The notes below the pieces were generated by a model. That model was not told the DNA's origin, made no database searches, and saw only the letters and a list, made by a program, of their open reading frames with translations. From Gemmatimonadaceae bacterium (GTDB taxonomy: Bacteria; Gemmatimonadota; Gemmatimonadetes; Gemmatimonadales; Gemmatimonadaceae), in the NCBI GenBank assembly GCA_044224875.1, contig JBGAJQ010000020.1, positions 1-62,028 on the forward strand: DNA of 62,028 bases. Direction: 5' to 3'. Both the position numbers and the translations under genes were made by a program. Positions 1-9,944 of this stretch are shown here, in pieces (position 1 is the stretch's first letter; every line of letters starts with the position of its first letter).

Positions 1-583
1 CCGCGCTCGCGAATGCGGAATCGAGCGCGATGTTGAGTAGCAGCACATTGACCCTCGGCTCACCGAACAAGCCGAACTGCCGGCCCTCGGTGTGCTGGGC
101 AACGAGCCTTTGGATGGCGGCGGCCTCGACGCCGCGCGCCTTGGCGACACGCGCCACCTGCAGTGCGGCGTTGGCCGGCGAAATGTGCGGATCCAATCCC
201 GACGCCGACGCGGTGACCATGTCCGACGGAATCTTCCCCTTCACGGCGCCGTCGTCCCGAACGGCGGCATCAACGGCCTGCGCGATCAGGGTATCCGCCA
301 GCTTGCGATCCGTCGGGCCCTTGTTCGTGCCTGACGAGGCGGTGGCGTCGTACCCACTCCCGGCAGCCGACGGCCGCGGATGGAAGTACTCCGGTCGAGC
401 AAAGGGTTGGCCGATGAGCGCACTCCCGACAACACGGCCGTTGACCGTGACGAGTGACCCGTTGGCTTGGCGCTTGAAAAGGGTCTGCGCCAACCCCGTC
501 ACGACACCCGGATAGATCAAACCGGTGATGACGCACAAGACGAGCGTCAGCGAGAAGGCCGGCCATATCTGCTTGCGAATCAT
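1..583 (-). CDS. kdpC: K+-transporting ATPase subunit C (3' end runs off the window start)
   Basis: Hand translation from ATG 583: MIRKQIWPAFSLTLVLCVITGLIYPGVVTGLAQTLFKRQANGSL...GSALIGQPF...YFHPRPSA...SSGTNKGP...DMVTASASGLDPHIS...FGEPRVNVLLLNIALD; directly downstream of kdpB. Missing from the ORF track because no stop falls inside the window. Confidence 0.95.
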   Translation of the reverse strand, partial: MIRKQIWPAFSLTLVLCVITGLIYPGVVTGLAQTLFKRQANGSLVTVNGRVVGSALIGQPFARPEYFHPRPSAAGSGYDATASSGTNKGPTDRKLADTLIAQAVDAAVRDDGAVKGKIPSDMVTASASGLDPHISPANAALQVARVAKARGVEAAAIQRLVAQHTEGRQFGLFGEPRVNVLLLNIALDSAFASA

Positions 584-609
584 ATGAAGCTCCAGAGCCG
601 AAGCTCCGA

Positions 610-2778
610 TCAGGCGAGGTGAAGGAGTACGACCAGCATGTCGATCAGCTTGATGCCGACAAAGGGCACGATCAGCCCACCGACACCGTAGATCAGCAGG
701 TTGTTGCGCAGGATGACCGCGGCGGCGGCAGGCCGATACTTCACGCCGCGCAACGCCAGCGGGATCAGCAGGATGATGATGATGGCGTTGAAGATCACGG
801 AGGCCAGGATCGCCGATTGCGGAGAATGCAGTCCCATCACGTTCAGCGTGTTCAAGACGGGATAGGTCGTCGCGAACATCGCGGGGATGATCGCGAAATA
901 CTTGGCCACGTCATTGGCGATGGAAAACGTCGTCAGTGAACCGCGGGTCATGAGCAACTGCTTCCCGATCTCCACCACCTCGATGAGTTTCGTGGGGTTG
1001 GAGTCCAAGTCGATCATGTTGCCGGCTTCCTTGGCCGCCTGGGTTCCCGTGTTCATGGCGACGCCGACATCCGCTTGTGCCAGGGCCGGGGCATCGTTGG
1101 TGCCGTCGCCGGTCATTGCCACCAGCTTACCGCCCGCTTGTTCGCGTTTGATCAACGCCATCTTGTCCTCAGGCTTCGCTTCGGCCAGGAAGTCGTCTAC
1201 CCCAGCTTCCTGGGCGATCGCGGCTGCCGTCAGGGGATTGTCGCCAGTGATCATCACGGTGCGAATGCCCATGGCGCGGAGCCGGTCGAAGCGCTCGCGA
1301 ATCCCGCCCTTCACGATGTCCTTCAGGTAGATCACGCCCAACATGCGTGGCGGAGTGCCGTTCTCCTTCTCCGCCACCACCAGTGGCGTGCCACCGCCTA
1401 ACGCGATCTTCTGCACGACTGACTCCAGGTCTGACGCCACCACGCCGCCGTGATCGCGCACCCAGCGGACCACGGCGTCACCAGCGCCCTTTCGCACCTG
1501 ATATGGCCCGGCGTTCACGCCGCTCATTCGCGTGCTGGCCGTGAACGGCACGAACTCCATGTCTCGTTGCCCATCGTGCTCCCCGCCCACCTCGCGGCCG
1601 CGAAGCCCATACCGCGTCTTGGCCAGCACCACGATGCTGCGCCCCTCCGGCGTCTCGTCGGCCAACGACGCCAGCTGCGCACGATCGGCCAGTAACTCGA
1701 TTGGGGTTCCCCCGACGGGAAAGAACTCAGCGGCCTGGCGGTTGCCTAACGTGATCGTGCCCGTCTTGTCGAGCAGCAACGTGTTCACGTCACCAGCTGC
1801 TTCGACGGCACGCCCGCTCATGGCGATAACGTTCTGCTGGATCATGCGGTCCATGCCGGCGATCCCGATCGCCGACAACAAGCCGCCAATGGTCGTCGGA
1901 ATGAGGCAGACGAGCAACGCGATCAGGACGGGGATCGCCGCCGCCTGACCCGAGTAGATGGCGAACGGCTGTAACGTGGCGACCGCAAACAGGAAGATTA
2001 CCGTCAAACCCGACAGCAAGATGGTGAGGGCAATCTCGTTTGGCGTCTTCTGTCGCGACGCGCCCTCGACCAGCGCGATCATCCGATCGAGGAAGGTCTC
2101 GCCCGGATTGGCCGTGATGCGCACAACGATGAAGTCCGAGAGGACCTTCGTTCCACCGGTAACCGCCGAGCGATCACCGCCACTTTCTCGAATGACAGGC
2201 GCCGACTCGCCGGTGATCGCCGACTCGTCCACCGACGCGACGCCTAACGCGACCTCTCCGTCTCCGGGAATGACGTCGCCCGGCTGGCACAAGACCAGGT
2301 CACCGCGCCGCAGGCTCGGCGCTGCCACCTCTTCGTAGCGCGTGCGATCGATGTCCGCCCCCGCGTCGCCACTGCCCGTCAGACGCTTGGCCGTCGTCTG
2401 CGTGCGTGATTTCCGCAGCGTGTCGGCCTGCGCCTTCCCCCGCCCTTCGGCCATGGCTTCGGCGAAGTTCGCAAACACCACGGTGAACCACAGCCACAGC
2501 GAGAGCTGCAGGGTGAACGCCCAGTCGGTGCGACCCGACGCCACGTCGCGCAAGAACGCCACCGTCGTGTACGCGGAACCGATCAGCACCACGAACATCA
2601 CCGGGTTTCGCACCATGTGTCGTGGGTGCAGCTTCACCAGCGCGTCCCGCATGGCGCGCTTGACGATCGGCGGGTCGAACAGCGGACGCTGACGCGACGC
2701 GCGCTGACGGCTCGCCGCATCGTGCGCGGCGGGCGTCGCTGGAGCTGGCGAACGCGAGGGGAGTGTGGGTGTGGTCAT
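610..2778 (-). CDS. kdpB: K+-transporting P-type ATPase subunit B
   Basis: 722 aa; NPVMF, TGES, DKTGT phosphorylation motif, [22 protein letters not shown]; kdp context. Confidence 0.98.
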   Translation of the reverse strand: MTTPTLPSRSPAPATPAAHDAASRQRASRQRPLFDPPIVKRAMRDALVKLHPRHMVRNPVMFVVLIGSAYTTVAFLRDVASGRTDWAFTLQLSLWLWFTVVFANFAEAMAEGRGKAQADTLRKSRTQTTAKRLTGSGDAGADIDRTRYEEVAAPSLRRGDLVLCQPGDVIPGDGEVALGVASVDESAITGESAPVIRESGGDRSAVTGGTKVLSDFIVVRITANPGETFLDRMIALVEGASRQKTPNEIALTILLSGLTVIFLFAVATLQPFAIYSGQAAAIPVLIALLVCLIPTTIGGLLSAIGIAGMDRMIQQNVIAMSGRAVEAAGDVNTLLLDKTGTITLGNRQAAEFFPVGGTPIELLADRAQLASLADETPEGRSIVVLAKTRYGLRGREVGGEHDGQRDMEFVPFTASTRMSGVNAGPYQVRKGAGDAVVRWVRDHGGVVASDLESVVQKIALGGGTPLVVAEKENGTPPRMLGVIYLKDIVKGGIRERFDRLRAMGIRTVMITGDNPLTAAAIAQEAGVDDFLAEAKPEDKMALIKREQAGGKLVAMTGDGTNDAPALAQADVGVAMNTGTQAAKEAGNMIDLDSNPTKLIEVVEIGKQLLMTRGSLTTFSIANDVAKYFAIIPAMFATTYPVLNTLNVMGLHSPQSAILASVIFNAIIIILLIPLALRGVKYRPAAAAVILRNNLLIYGVGGLIVPFVGIKLIDMLVVLLHLA

Positions 2779-2780
2779 GG

Positions 2781-4425
2781 CTAGAACAGGTTGCCAGCGT
2801 TCATCAACAGGTGCTCGACGATCGGCCCCAGCGACAGCGCCGGGAAGAACGTGAGCGCGCTGACGATCAGGATGACGCCAACGAGAAGGGTGATGAACAG
2901 CGGCCCCGTCACGGGAAATGTTCCGGCCGACTCCGGCGCCGCCTTCTTCTCGGCGAGGAATCCGGCAAGGGCGAGCATCGGCACAATCATCGCAAAACGC
3001 CCGATGAGCGTGTTCAGCCCCAACAGCGTGTTGTAGTAGTAGGTGGAGCCCGTGAGACCGGCGAAGGCACTGCCATTGTTGGCAGCCGTCGACGTGAACG
3101 CGTACAAGATCTCCGACAGCCCATGCGGCCCGGCGTTGTTCAACCCCTTGAGTCCAGGGGCTGCAACGACCGAGATGGCAGTCATGGTCAGGATCGCCGC
3201 CGGGAACACCAGGACGTAGAGCATGGCCATCTGGACTTCGCGAGCCTGGATCTTCTTCCCCAGGTACTCCGGCGTTCGCCCCACCATAAGTCCGGCGATA
3301 AACACCGTGAGAATCACCATGACGAGGATGCCATAGAGGCCCGCTCCCACGCCGCCGAACACCAGCTCACCCAGCTGCATGTTCACCAGCGGCACCAGTC
3401 CGCCTAACGGTGTAAACGAGTCGTGCATCGAATTCACGCACCCGCACGACGCATCGGTGGTCACCGTGGCATAGCACGAGGTCGATGCCACGTTCCGCAT
3501 GAATCGGGTTGCCGCGCGCTTCCGCCCAATACGCGGTGGTCACGCCACCAAGGAACAGCACGAACATCGCCGTCCACACCGCCCAGCCATGCTTCTGGTT
3601 CTTCACCATCCGGCCGAACATGTAGACCAGCCCGGACGGGATCACGAAGATCGTGAAGACGGACCAGAAGTTCGTCCACGGCGTCGGGCTTTCGAATGGA
3701 TGTGCGGCGTTGCCATTGAAGAAGCCGCCGCCGTTGGTCCCCAGTTGCTTGATCGCCTCCTGGCTACCCACCGGCCCCATGGCAATGACTTGCTTCGCAC
3801 CCTCGAGCGTCGTGACTTCGAGATATGGCTTGAAGTTCTGGATCACGCCCTGCTGCACCAGCAGCAACGCGAAGAGCAGGGACATGGGCAGCAACACGTA
3901 GAGCGTGCTGCGGGTCAGGTCCACCCAGAAGTTGCCGAGCTTCCCGGCGGAGCGCCGCGCGATTCCACGTACGAGGGCAACGGCGACCGACATACCCACG
4001 GCCGCAGAGACGAAGTTGTGAAACGCCAACTGCGTCATCTGCGAGAAGTACGACATCATCGACTCACCGACGTACGACTGCCAATTGGTGTTGGTCGTGA
4101 ACGACGCCGAAGTCTCGAACGCCTGTCGGTCCGGCACCGCCGCCAGGCCTTGGGGATTGAACGGCAAGACATGTTGCAGCCGCAACGCCACGTACGTCAG
4201 CAGCATCGAGGCCACACTGAACAGCAGCATGGCCGACGTGTATCTCGTCCAGTGCTGGTCTTCTGACGCATCCACGCCGCACACGCGATAGATGACGCGC
4301 TCCACGGCTCGCAACCACGTGGCCGAGCCATCGTACACGCGCACGAGGTATACGCCGAGCGGCTTGGACACCAGCAGCACGCACAGGCTGAAGAACAGGA
4401 TCTGAAGCCAACCGTTGAGTGTCAT
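2781..4425 (-). pseudogene. kdpA: K+-transporting ATPase subunit A, split by an internal deletion with frameshift near 3468-3480
   Basis: N-half (ORF 3367..4425) has SFTTNTNWQSY and KQLGTNGGGFF; C-half (ORF 2781..3500) has [28 protein letters not shown] and NNGSAFAGL. The junction reads GGC ATC GAC CTC GTG C TAT GCC ACG and lacks the usual GNMEGKEVRFG-type segment. Confidence 0.85.
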
Positions 4426-4514
4426 TAGAACTTCTCCGGCCGGAGAAGGGTGTAGACGAGGTAGATGAGGATCAGCAGCGCCAGAACGCCGGCGATCCAG
4501 GTCTCGATGGTCAT
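4425..4514 (-). CDS. kdpF: K+-transporting ATPase subunit F
   Basis: 29 aa MTIETWIAGVLALLILIYLVYTLLRPEKF with the typical YLVY.L.RPEKF end; its TAA overlaps the kdpA ATG. Confidence 0.93.
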   Translation of the reverse strand: MTIETWIAGVLALLILIYLVYTLLRPEKF

Positions 4515-4642
4515 GAGCCCTGCTCCGTGCTGTTGCTGCCGTCGGTAGTGCTCTTCCGGCCCAGGCGTTCGCACGCCGTCACGTAGCCGAGCATGAGAGC
4601 GAAGAACACGAGGGTGAGCAGGAGGTAGAGGAGGTCGGTCAT
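4511..4642 (-). CDS. small single-TM peptide preceding kdpF
   Basis: 43 aa MTDLLYLLLTLVFFALMLGYVTACERLGRKSTTDGSNSTEQGS; ATGA overlap with kdpF; first ORF after the putative KdpE promoter. Confidence 0.75.
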   Translation of the reverse strand: MTDLLYLLLTLVFFALMLGYVTACERLGRKSTTDGSNSTEQGS

Positions 4643-4700
4643 TGGTTGTCGTCGTGAACGCTGGCCTCAGGGCCGGTGCGTCAGGTTGTTCATCGCGAGG

Positions 4701-4733
4701 AGAGTACCGACGAACGCGTAAACGCCGCACAAA
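4701..4733 (-). promoter_or_regulatory. putative KdpE box and -10 element of the kdpFABC promoter
   Basis: Minus strand TTTGTG-N5-TTTACG (4733-4717), 10 bp, then TACTCT (4706-4701); resembles the E. coli KdpE direct repeat TTTATA-N5-TTTACA. Confidence 0.6.
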
Positions 4734-4837
4734 GACGTGCGGAGCGATCGTCCCACATGCGACGCGCTGCGCGCCAAGCCGAAGGTCGCGAAGGAGTTGC
4801 TGGACGATGGAGGAGAAAGACCAGTCCAGCGGTGCGA

Positions 4838-6544
4838 CTATTTGCTTTCGGCCTCGGATGGCACGGGGCCCGCGCCGGGCAGTTCCAACGTGAATACGGA
4901 GCCGCCCCCAGCACGCGGCTCATACCGGAGCGTCCCCCCTTGGGCCTCGGCCAAGCCACGCGCGATGGAGAGGCCGAGCCCCGTGCCTCGTACGTCTGGA
5001 GCGACCATCGGCGGACGGTAGAAGGGCTCGAAGATGCGCTCGCGTTCGGGTTCGGGCACCCCGGGCCCACGGTCGCGCACCTCGACCGTTAGGCGGCTAC
5101 CGAAGCGCGCCGCGTGAAGTTCGATGGTAGCGCCGGGCGGGGAGTACTTCACGGCATTGTCCAACAGGTTCACCAGGACCCGCAGTGACTGACTGAAGTC
5201 GAAGCGTCCCGTCAGCAACTCATCGGCGGGAGTATCCACGTCGACGGTCCGACCCTTGAGGATTCCAGCGGCGCGCTGCAAGGCGGCCCCGATCAACTCA
5301 TCGATCGTATTCACTGCCAGCTGCGCCGTCACCGCACCTGCGTGAATGCGCGAGAGGTCGAGGAAATCGGCAACCAAGGCATCCAGTCGATCGGCTTCGC
5401 GCTCGATGACCGTGGCGCGCTGACCGTCCGCGCCTTCGGCAATCTCGTGAGCCAGACCCTTGATCGTGGTCAGGGGTGTGCGGAGGTCGTGTGACACGGC
5501 CGTAAGCAGCGCGCTGCGCAGGGTCTCGACCCGCCGTTCCGCCTCCGCACGTTCGGCCGTTGCCGTCAGCCGCACGCGCTCCACACCCAATGCCGCATAG
5601 TAAGCGAGCGCGGTGAGAAGTCGAATCTGTTCAGCCGACAGCTCCAACCCGCGGGAGTTGGCGAGCCGCAGGACACCCACCGTGTGGTCGCGCACGGAGA
5701 GGGGGATCGCCAGAGCGCGGACGACTTCCGGTTCCCGTGACCGGTCCGGCGCGTCGTTCTCGCGGCCACCAACCACGTGAGCGAGGGCGGCGGTCAGGTC
5801 CGCGCCCGCACCCACGCCGCTGAGCGGCCCGGCCGACGGACGGGCCAATGGTGCGAGGCGTACCGTCCCGTCCTCGAGTTCCACCGCGCTTCGCCCCTGC
5901 TCCACGATCCATTCGGCCAGGCTGAGGGCCGGCGACGGGCCGCCGGTTGCTCCTGTCGGCAACGCACCTGCACGCAAGCCGTCGGCAGCGCGGGCGGTGC
6001 GCACCAGCCGCCCGGAGGCCTCGGTGGTGAAGACGTCGCATTCATCGACATGGAGGGAGGCCTGAATCACCCCAACGATCGCCTGCAACGCTTCGTCGGC
6101 GCCTGGCGCGTTCAAGGTCTCTGCCCCGAGCGCTGCCAAACGATCCACTTCCGCGGCGCGGGCCGTTGCGGCATCGGCCGTCGCACTGGCACGGTACAAG
6201 AGCTGCGTGGCCACGACGCTGGCGATGAGGAACGCGATCAGCACCAACCAGTCCAACGGGTTCGCGATGATGAGTGTGAGGTACGGCGGGATGAAAAACC
6301 AGTTGATGGCCAGAAATGCTGTGCCAGCGATCGCCATGCCTAACGCTCGGCCGCCCGTTGCGCTGGCGCCCAAGACGATCAACAGAAATGCCAGGGCAAA
6401 GTGTGCCTTGTCCAGGTTGGCGCGCATGACCAGCATGCCCGCCGTCGCCGCGATGAGCATGCTGAACCAGATTGGCCACCACACACGCGAGCGCGGCGGT
6501 AGGTAGCGATCGCGCCAGGCACGGACTTCAGCGAGCCACGTCAT
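4838..6544 (-). CDS. kdpD: KdpD-type sensor histidine kinase (DUF4118 TM region, GAF, HisKA, HATPase), without the N-terminal KdpD/Usp domains
   Basis: Four TM helices with NWFFIPPYLTL.IANPLDW, H-box LLTAVSHDLRTPLTTIKG, NLLDNAVKYS, DRGPG, GTGLGL. Confidence 0.85.
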   Translation of the reverse strand: MTWLAEVRAWRDRYLPPRSRVWWPIWFSMLIAATAGMLVMRANLDKAHFALAFLLIVLGASATGGRALGMAIAGTAFLAINWFFIPPYLTLIIANPLDWLVLIAFLIASVVATQLLYRASATADAATARAAEVDRLAALGAETLNAPGADEALQAIVGVIQASLHVDECDVFTTEASGRLVRTARAADGLRAGALPTGATGGPSPALSLAEWIVEQGRSAVELEDGTVRLAPLARPSAGPLSGVGAGADLTAALAHVVGGRENDAPDRSREPEVVRALAIPLSVRDHTVGVLRLANSRGLELSAEQIRLLTALAYYAALGVERVRLTATAERAEAERRVETLRSALLTAVSHDLRTPLTTIKGLAHEIAEGADGQRATVIEREADRLDALVADFLDLSRIHAGAVTAQLAVNTIDELIGAALQRAAGILKGRTVDVDTPADELLTGRFDFSQSLRVLVNLLDNAVKYSPPGATIELHAARFGSRLTVEVRDRGPGVPEPERERIFEPFYRPPMVAPDVRGTGLGLSIARGLAEAQGGTLRYEPRAGGGSVFTLELPGAGPVPSEAESK

Positions 6545-7302
6545 GCGTCTGCGTCGCTGTCCGGCTCAAACCGGTAGCCGACGCCCGGCTCCGTCTGGAT
6601 GTACCGTGGTCGAACCGGGTCCGCCTCGATCTTCCGGCGCAGGTGGCCGACGTACACGCGGAGGTACTGTTGGGCGTCGCCCTCGGCGTTGCCCCACACT
6701 TCGTGAAAGAGCTGGCGGTGGGTCAGCGTCTGCCGCGGATGGGTAACAAGCGTGCGCAGCAACGCCCATTCGGTTGGCGTCAGGTGCAACAATGCACCGG
6801 CCCGTTCGACCCGGCGTAGTTGCAGGTCCACCGTGAGGTCGCCGAACTGTAGATGGGTGGCCGGCTGGGCGCCCGGCCGAGCGGTGCGCGCGCGGCGCAG
6901 CTGGGCCCGAACGCGCGCCTTGAATTCGACGGTACTGAACGGCTTCGTCATGTAGTCGTCGGCGCCGGCGTCCAGCAGCGCGACCTTCTCGGTGTCACCA
7001 TGTCGCGCCGAAAGCACGAGGATGGGCGCCGACGACCACTGCCGAATCTCGCGGCATACCTCGATGCCGGGGAGGTCCGGCAGCCCGAGGTCGAGCACCG
7101 TCAACGCCGGCGACTCCGCAGCCGCCAGGTCGATCCCTTCGCGACCGCTCGCTGCCTCGATCACGCGCACGGTCGGTCGTGCAGCGCCGGGGCTGCCGCC
7201 ATCTGGGCGAAGGAGCACTTCGCCGGCCAGCGCGTTGTGAACCAGTCGACGTATTTGCGGTTCGTCGTCGATCACCAGAATCGTCAGCACATCAGAGGGC
7301 AT
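6541..7302 (-). CDS. kdpE: OmpR-family response regulator KdpE
   Basis: ILVIDDEPQIRR, LDLGLPD, KVALLDAGADDYMTKPF, HLTPTE, YLRVYVGHLRRKIEADPVRPRYIQTEPGVGYRF. Start set at ATG 7302 (7335 possible); ATGA overlap with kdpD. Confidence 0.92.
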   Translation of the reverse strand: MPSDVLTILVIDDEPQIRRLVHNALAGEVLLRPDGGSPGAARPTVRVIEAASGREGIDLAAAESPALTVLDLGLPDLPGIEVCREIRQWSSAPILVLSARHGDTEKVALLDAGADDYMTKPFSTVEFKARVRAQLRRARTARPGAQPATHLQFGDLTVDLQLRRVERAGALLHLTPTEWALLRTLVTHPRQTLTHRQLFHEVWGNAEGDAQQYLRVYVGHLRRKIEADPVRPRYIQTEPGVGYRFEPDSDADA

Positions 7303-7444
7303 GCGCGCGAGGCTTCGGGAGAGCAAACGCGGCATGTTGCCGCGTGTGTTGGACGCTATGGAGTGTGCTGGCGGGGCGCCAGCGCGCGACGAGCGTGCGA
7401 GGCTCTTGCGTCGGCATGCGCGTACGCAGGCGGGTCCACCCATT

Positions 7445-7510
7445 TTCACATTCTTTTTACGGGGCTGCCCCACGCTCTTCACGCGGGATTTGCGTCCTTC
7501 GGCGTAGCGT
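7445..7510 (+). promoter_or_regulatory. tandem putative KdpE boxes and -10 element
   Basis: TTCACA(7445), TTTACG(7456), TTCACG(7478), TTTGCG(7489) all lie on an 11-bp grid, followed by 10 bp and TAGCGT (7505-7510); same geometry as the site at 4701-4733. Confidence 0.6.
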
Positions 7511-7585
7511 TCGTCCGTGCCTGGCAAGCGGTCATGGCGAGTGCACATCAAGATGGGCGTGAGAAGGACAGCCTTGGAGCGTTCG

Positions 7586-8142
7586 ATGTTCAACCTGCCT
7601 CATATGACGTGGCCCACTCGCGGCCTCGCCTTCAGCATCCCGGCCCTCGCCGCGATGGTCAGCGTGCGAGCGCGTCGCCGGGCGGCGCCGCGCGGGGCTG
7701 TGACTCGCCCACAACCAATGCCGCAACGGATTTGGCGAACTGCCAGCTTCTTGCAGCAACTCGGCGTGTCACCGGCGAGCGACGGCAGCCTTCCGCTTTC
7801 CTGGAGCAACTGCATGCACTCCCCGACGGCGAGTGGCATAGGGTTGCAGCTGCCAAGGACGCACCAGTCGCCGACGATTCGTGGTTGAATGCGCTGGTCA
7901 CCAAACGCCACATGGCGCTGGCCCGATGGACCGTCCGCGATGAGATCACCAGCGCGCTGCAACAAGCGCGTTTGCGCGGCTTGCGTCTGCCAACCGCCGG
8001 CCATTGGGACGCGTGCTGGGCCTCAGCCGATCGCACGGCGTCTGCGTTGCTTGTCGCCGATACTCTCAGCCCCGCGGCCTTTCACGAGCTGACGAAGCCC
8101 TTCGTGAGCTGCATCCCGGAACCGCTAGGCGCGACTGGGTGA
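7586..8142 (+). CDS. hypothetical protein, probably frameshifted near 7790
   Basis: GGAG then ATG 7586 opens MFNLPHM...RIWRTASFLQQLGVSPASDGSL; protein-like text continues in another frame (SAFLEQLHALPDGEW...ALARWTVRDEI...LSPAAFHELTKPF) to TGA 8142. Alternative: intact ORF from ATG 7534. Confidence 0.5.
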
Positions 8143-8404
8143 CCCCCGCGCGCCTGCTTGGCCTGAGGACACACACTGTCCGCCGCCACGCCGAGCGAGT
8201 ACTGGCCAAGGAGGGGGCGCTCTCGCGGGCCGTGGTGGCGACGCGCCTGCGCAGTGCGCCAGACGCAGGGTAGCGTCATAGGTTGTTCAGCCTATTCTAC
8301 AATGGGCCGGCACGACGTAGCATGGCCGGGCAGTGCGCGAGCTCCGAATGCCCTATGGCGGAACGAGCCGTTGTGGCCGAACAACATTTATGAAGGGGGA
8401 ACGC

Positions 8405-9939
8405 ATGCGTTTTGTGGCGGCGAAGGGGATTCGAGGATTGGCGCTGGCTTGGGTCCTGACTGCGTGTCACGAAGATCCGGTCGCGCCGTTGCGCCGGCCG
8501 ACCAGCGCGGTCATGGCGACGGGCCAGTCGTTCTCTGGCTTGTTGAATCCGACGACGATCTACCTTGGCGACGTGGGGCCCGGGGTGGACTATTGGGTGC
8601 AGCCGAACGCAATCAGCTCAAACGGTCAGTGGGTCGGTGGTAGCGCGAGCCCGGTACAGTTGGTGAACCGCGGCTTCGTCTGGCACGCTGGCGTGATCGC
8701 CGATGTGGGTCTGTTGACGGGACCGCAGGGGACCGGGTCCTACGCAACCGTGTTCGACATCAACAACAGTGGCGTAGCCGTAGGGACGGCGGTGTATCCG
8801 GACGACCTTCCGTGCCTAACGTCCACTCGAGCGTTCACGTGGAGCAACGGGACCATGAGTCTTCTCCCGACGCTTCCCGGTGATTGCGAGTCGGCGGCGT
8901 ATGGGATCAACGATGGCGGTGACATCGTCGGCTACAGTCGGCCACTCGGTGGCGTGCTGCAACCGGTGCTCTGGCACAATGGCATTCCCCAACCCATCGG
9001 CCCGGCGGACAACACCATCGGGGTGCGCATCTCCAACAGTGGCTATGTACTCCTCAGCTTCCAGCCGCCGGGATTTGCTTGCGGCTATGTGCCGGCGTTC
9101 TTGTGGAAGAGCGGGCAGTCCACGGCCTTGCCAACCTCCTTCTGTGCTTGGGATGTCGGCGAAGACGGCACGGTCGTTGGGAACGATGGCGGCCCGCAGC
9201 AAGCCGCCACGTGGAAGAATGGAGTGATGACCCTTCTCACGGATCCGTCAGCACCCGGCTGGGTCCTATTCTCCAAGGCGAAATCCATCAACACGGCTGG
9301 TGAAATCCTCCTGGAAGGTGTTGGCGTCTGGCGGCAAGGGCGGGTCTATCCCCTCGATCGAGATCAACAGTTCCTGTCGTCCCAATCGCTGAGTGACGCC
9401 CGGGACGTTGTGGGAATCAGCCTCTTCCAGAGCTCGCCGTACGTGGCCAATCACGGGTATCTCGTGCCGTACACGCCGAACACGTCCGACTACGACTTTG
9501 ACGGACTTGTCGACGCCACCGACCGCTGCCCGTTGGTCCCCTACCCCGACAACGCCGACTTTGACCAAGACGGTATCGGGGACATCTGCGATCCGACACC
9601 GGGGGCGGATCTCGCGCTCACGTTCGGCGCCACGCCTCCGCCCTTCGTGCTGAACCAACAGGCGACCGTGCAGCTGCTGGAGTCGAACATGGGCCCCGGC
9701 ACGTCGAGCGCCGCCACGGTCACCATTCCTCCGTCTCCCGGTTTCAAGTTCCTCAGTGCGTCAGGTGCAACCTGCGCTGCACGCTGTCCTCACTCGGTGT
9801 GAACGGCCAAACGCCGTTCTCGCTCGTCGTCCTGCCGATCAAGCGTGGCACGTTCCCGATTTCGCTCACACTCGCTGGCGCCGAGACCGACACCAATCAG
9901 GGCAACAACGTCATCGCCCGCAACGTTCGCGTGCAGTAG
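8405..9939 (+). CDS. lipoprotein with HAF-type extracellular repeats, thrombospondin type-3 Ca-binding repeats and a C-terminal DUF11-like domain; frameshifted near 9775
   Basis: Lipobox LTAC; repeats DINNSGVAVG, RAFTWSNGTM, AYGINDGGDIVG; DFDGLVDATDRCP..DFDQDGIGDICD; ADLALT start of DUF11; other frame 9778-9939 gives CTLSSLGVNG...ETDTNQGNN...VRVQ stop. Confidence 0.75.
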
Positions 9940-9944
9940 CACCG

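Noticed and set aside
7303..7593. N-terminal 97-aa extension of the kdpE ORF in the track
   Set aside because: It spans the promoter/KdpE-box region and is not protein-like; the receiver domain starts near 7302.
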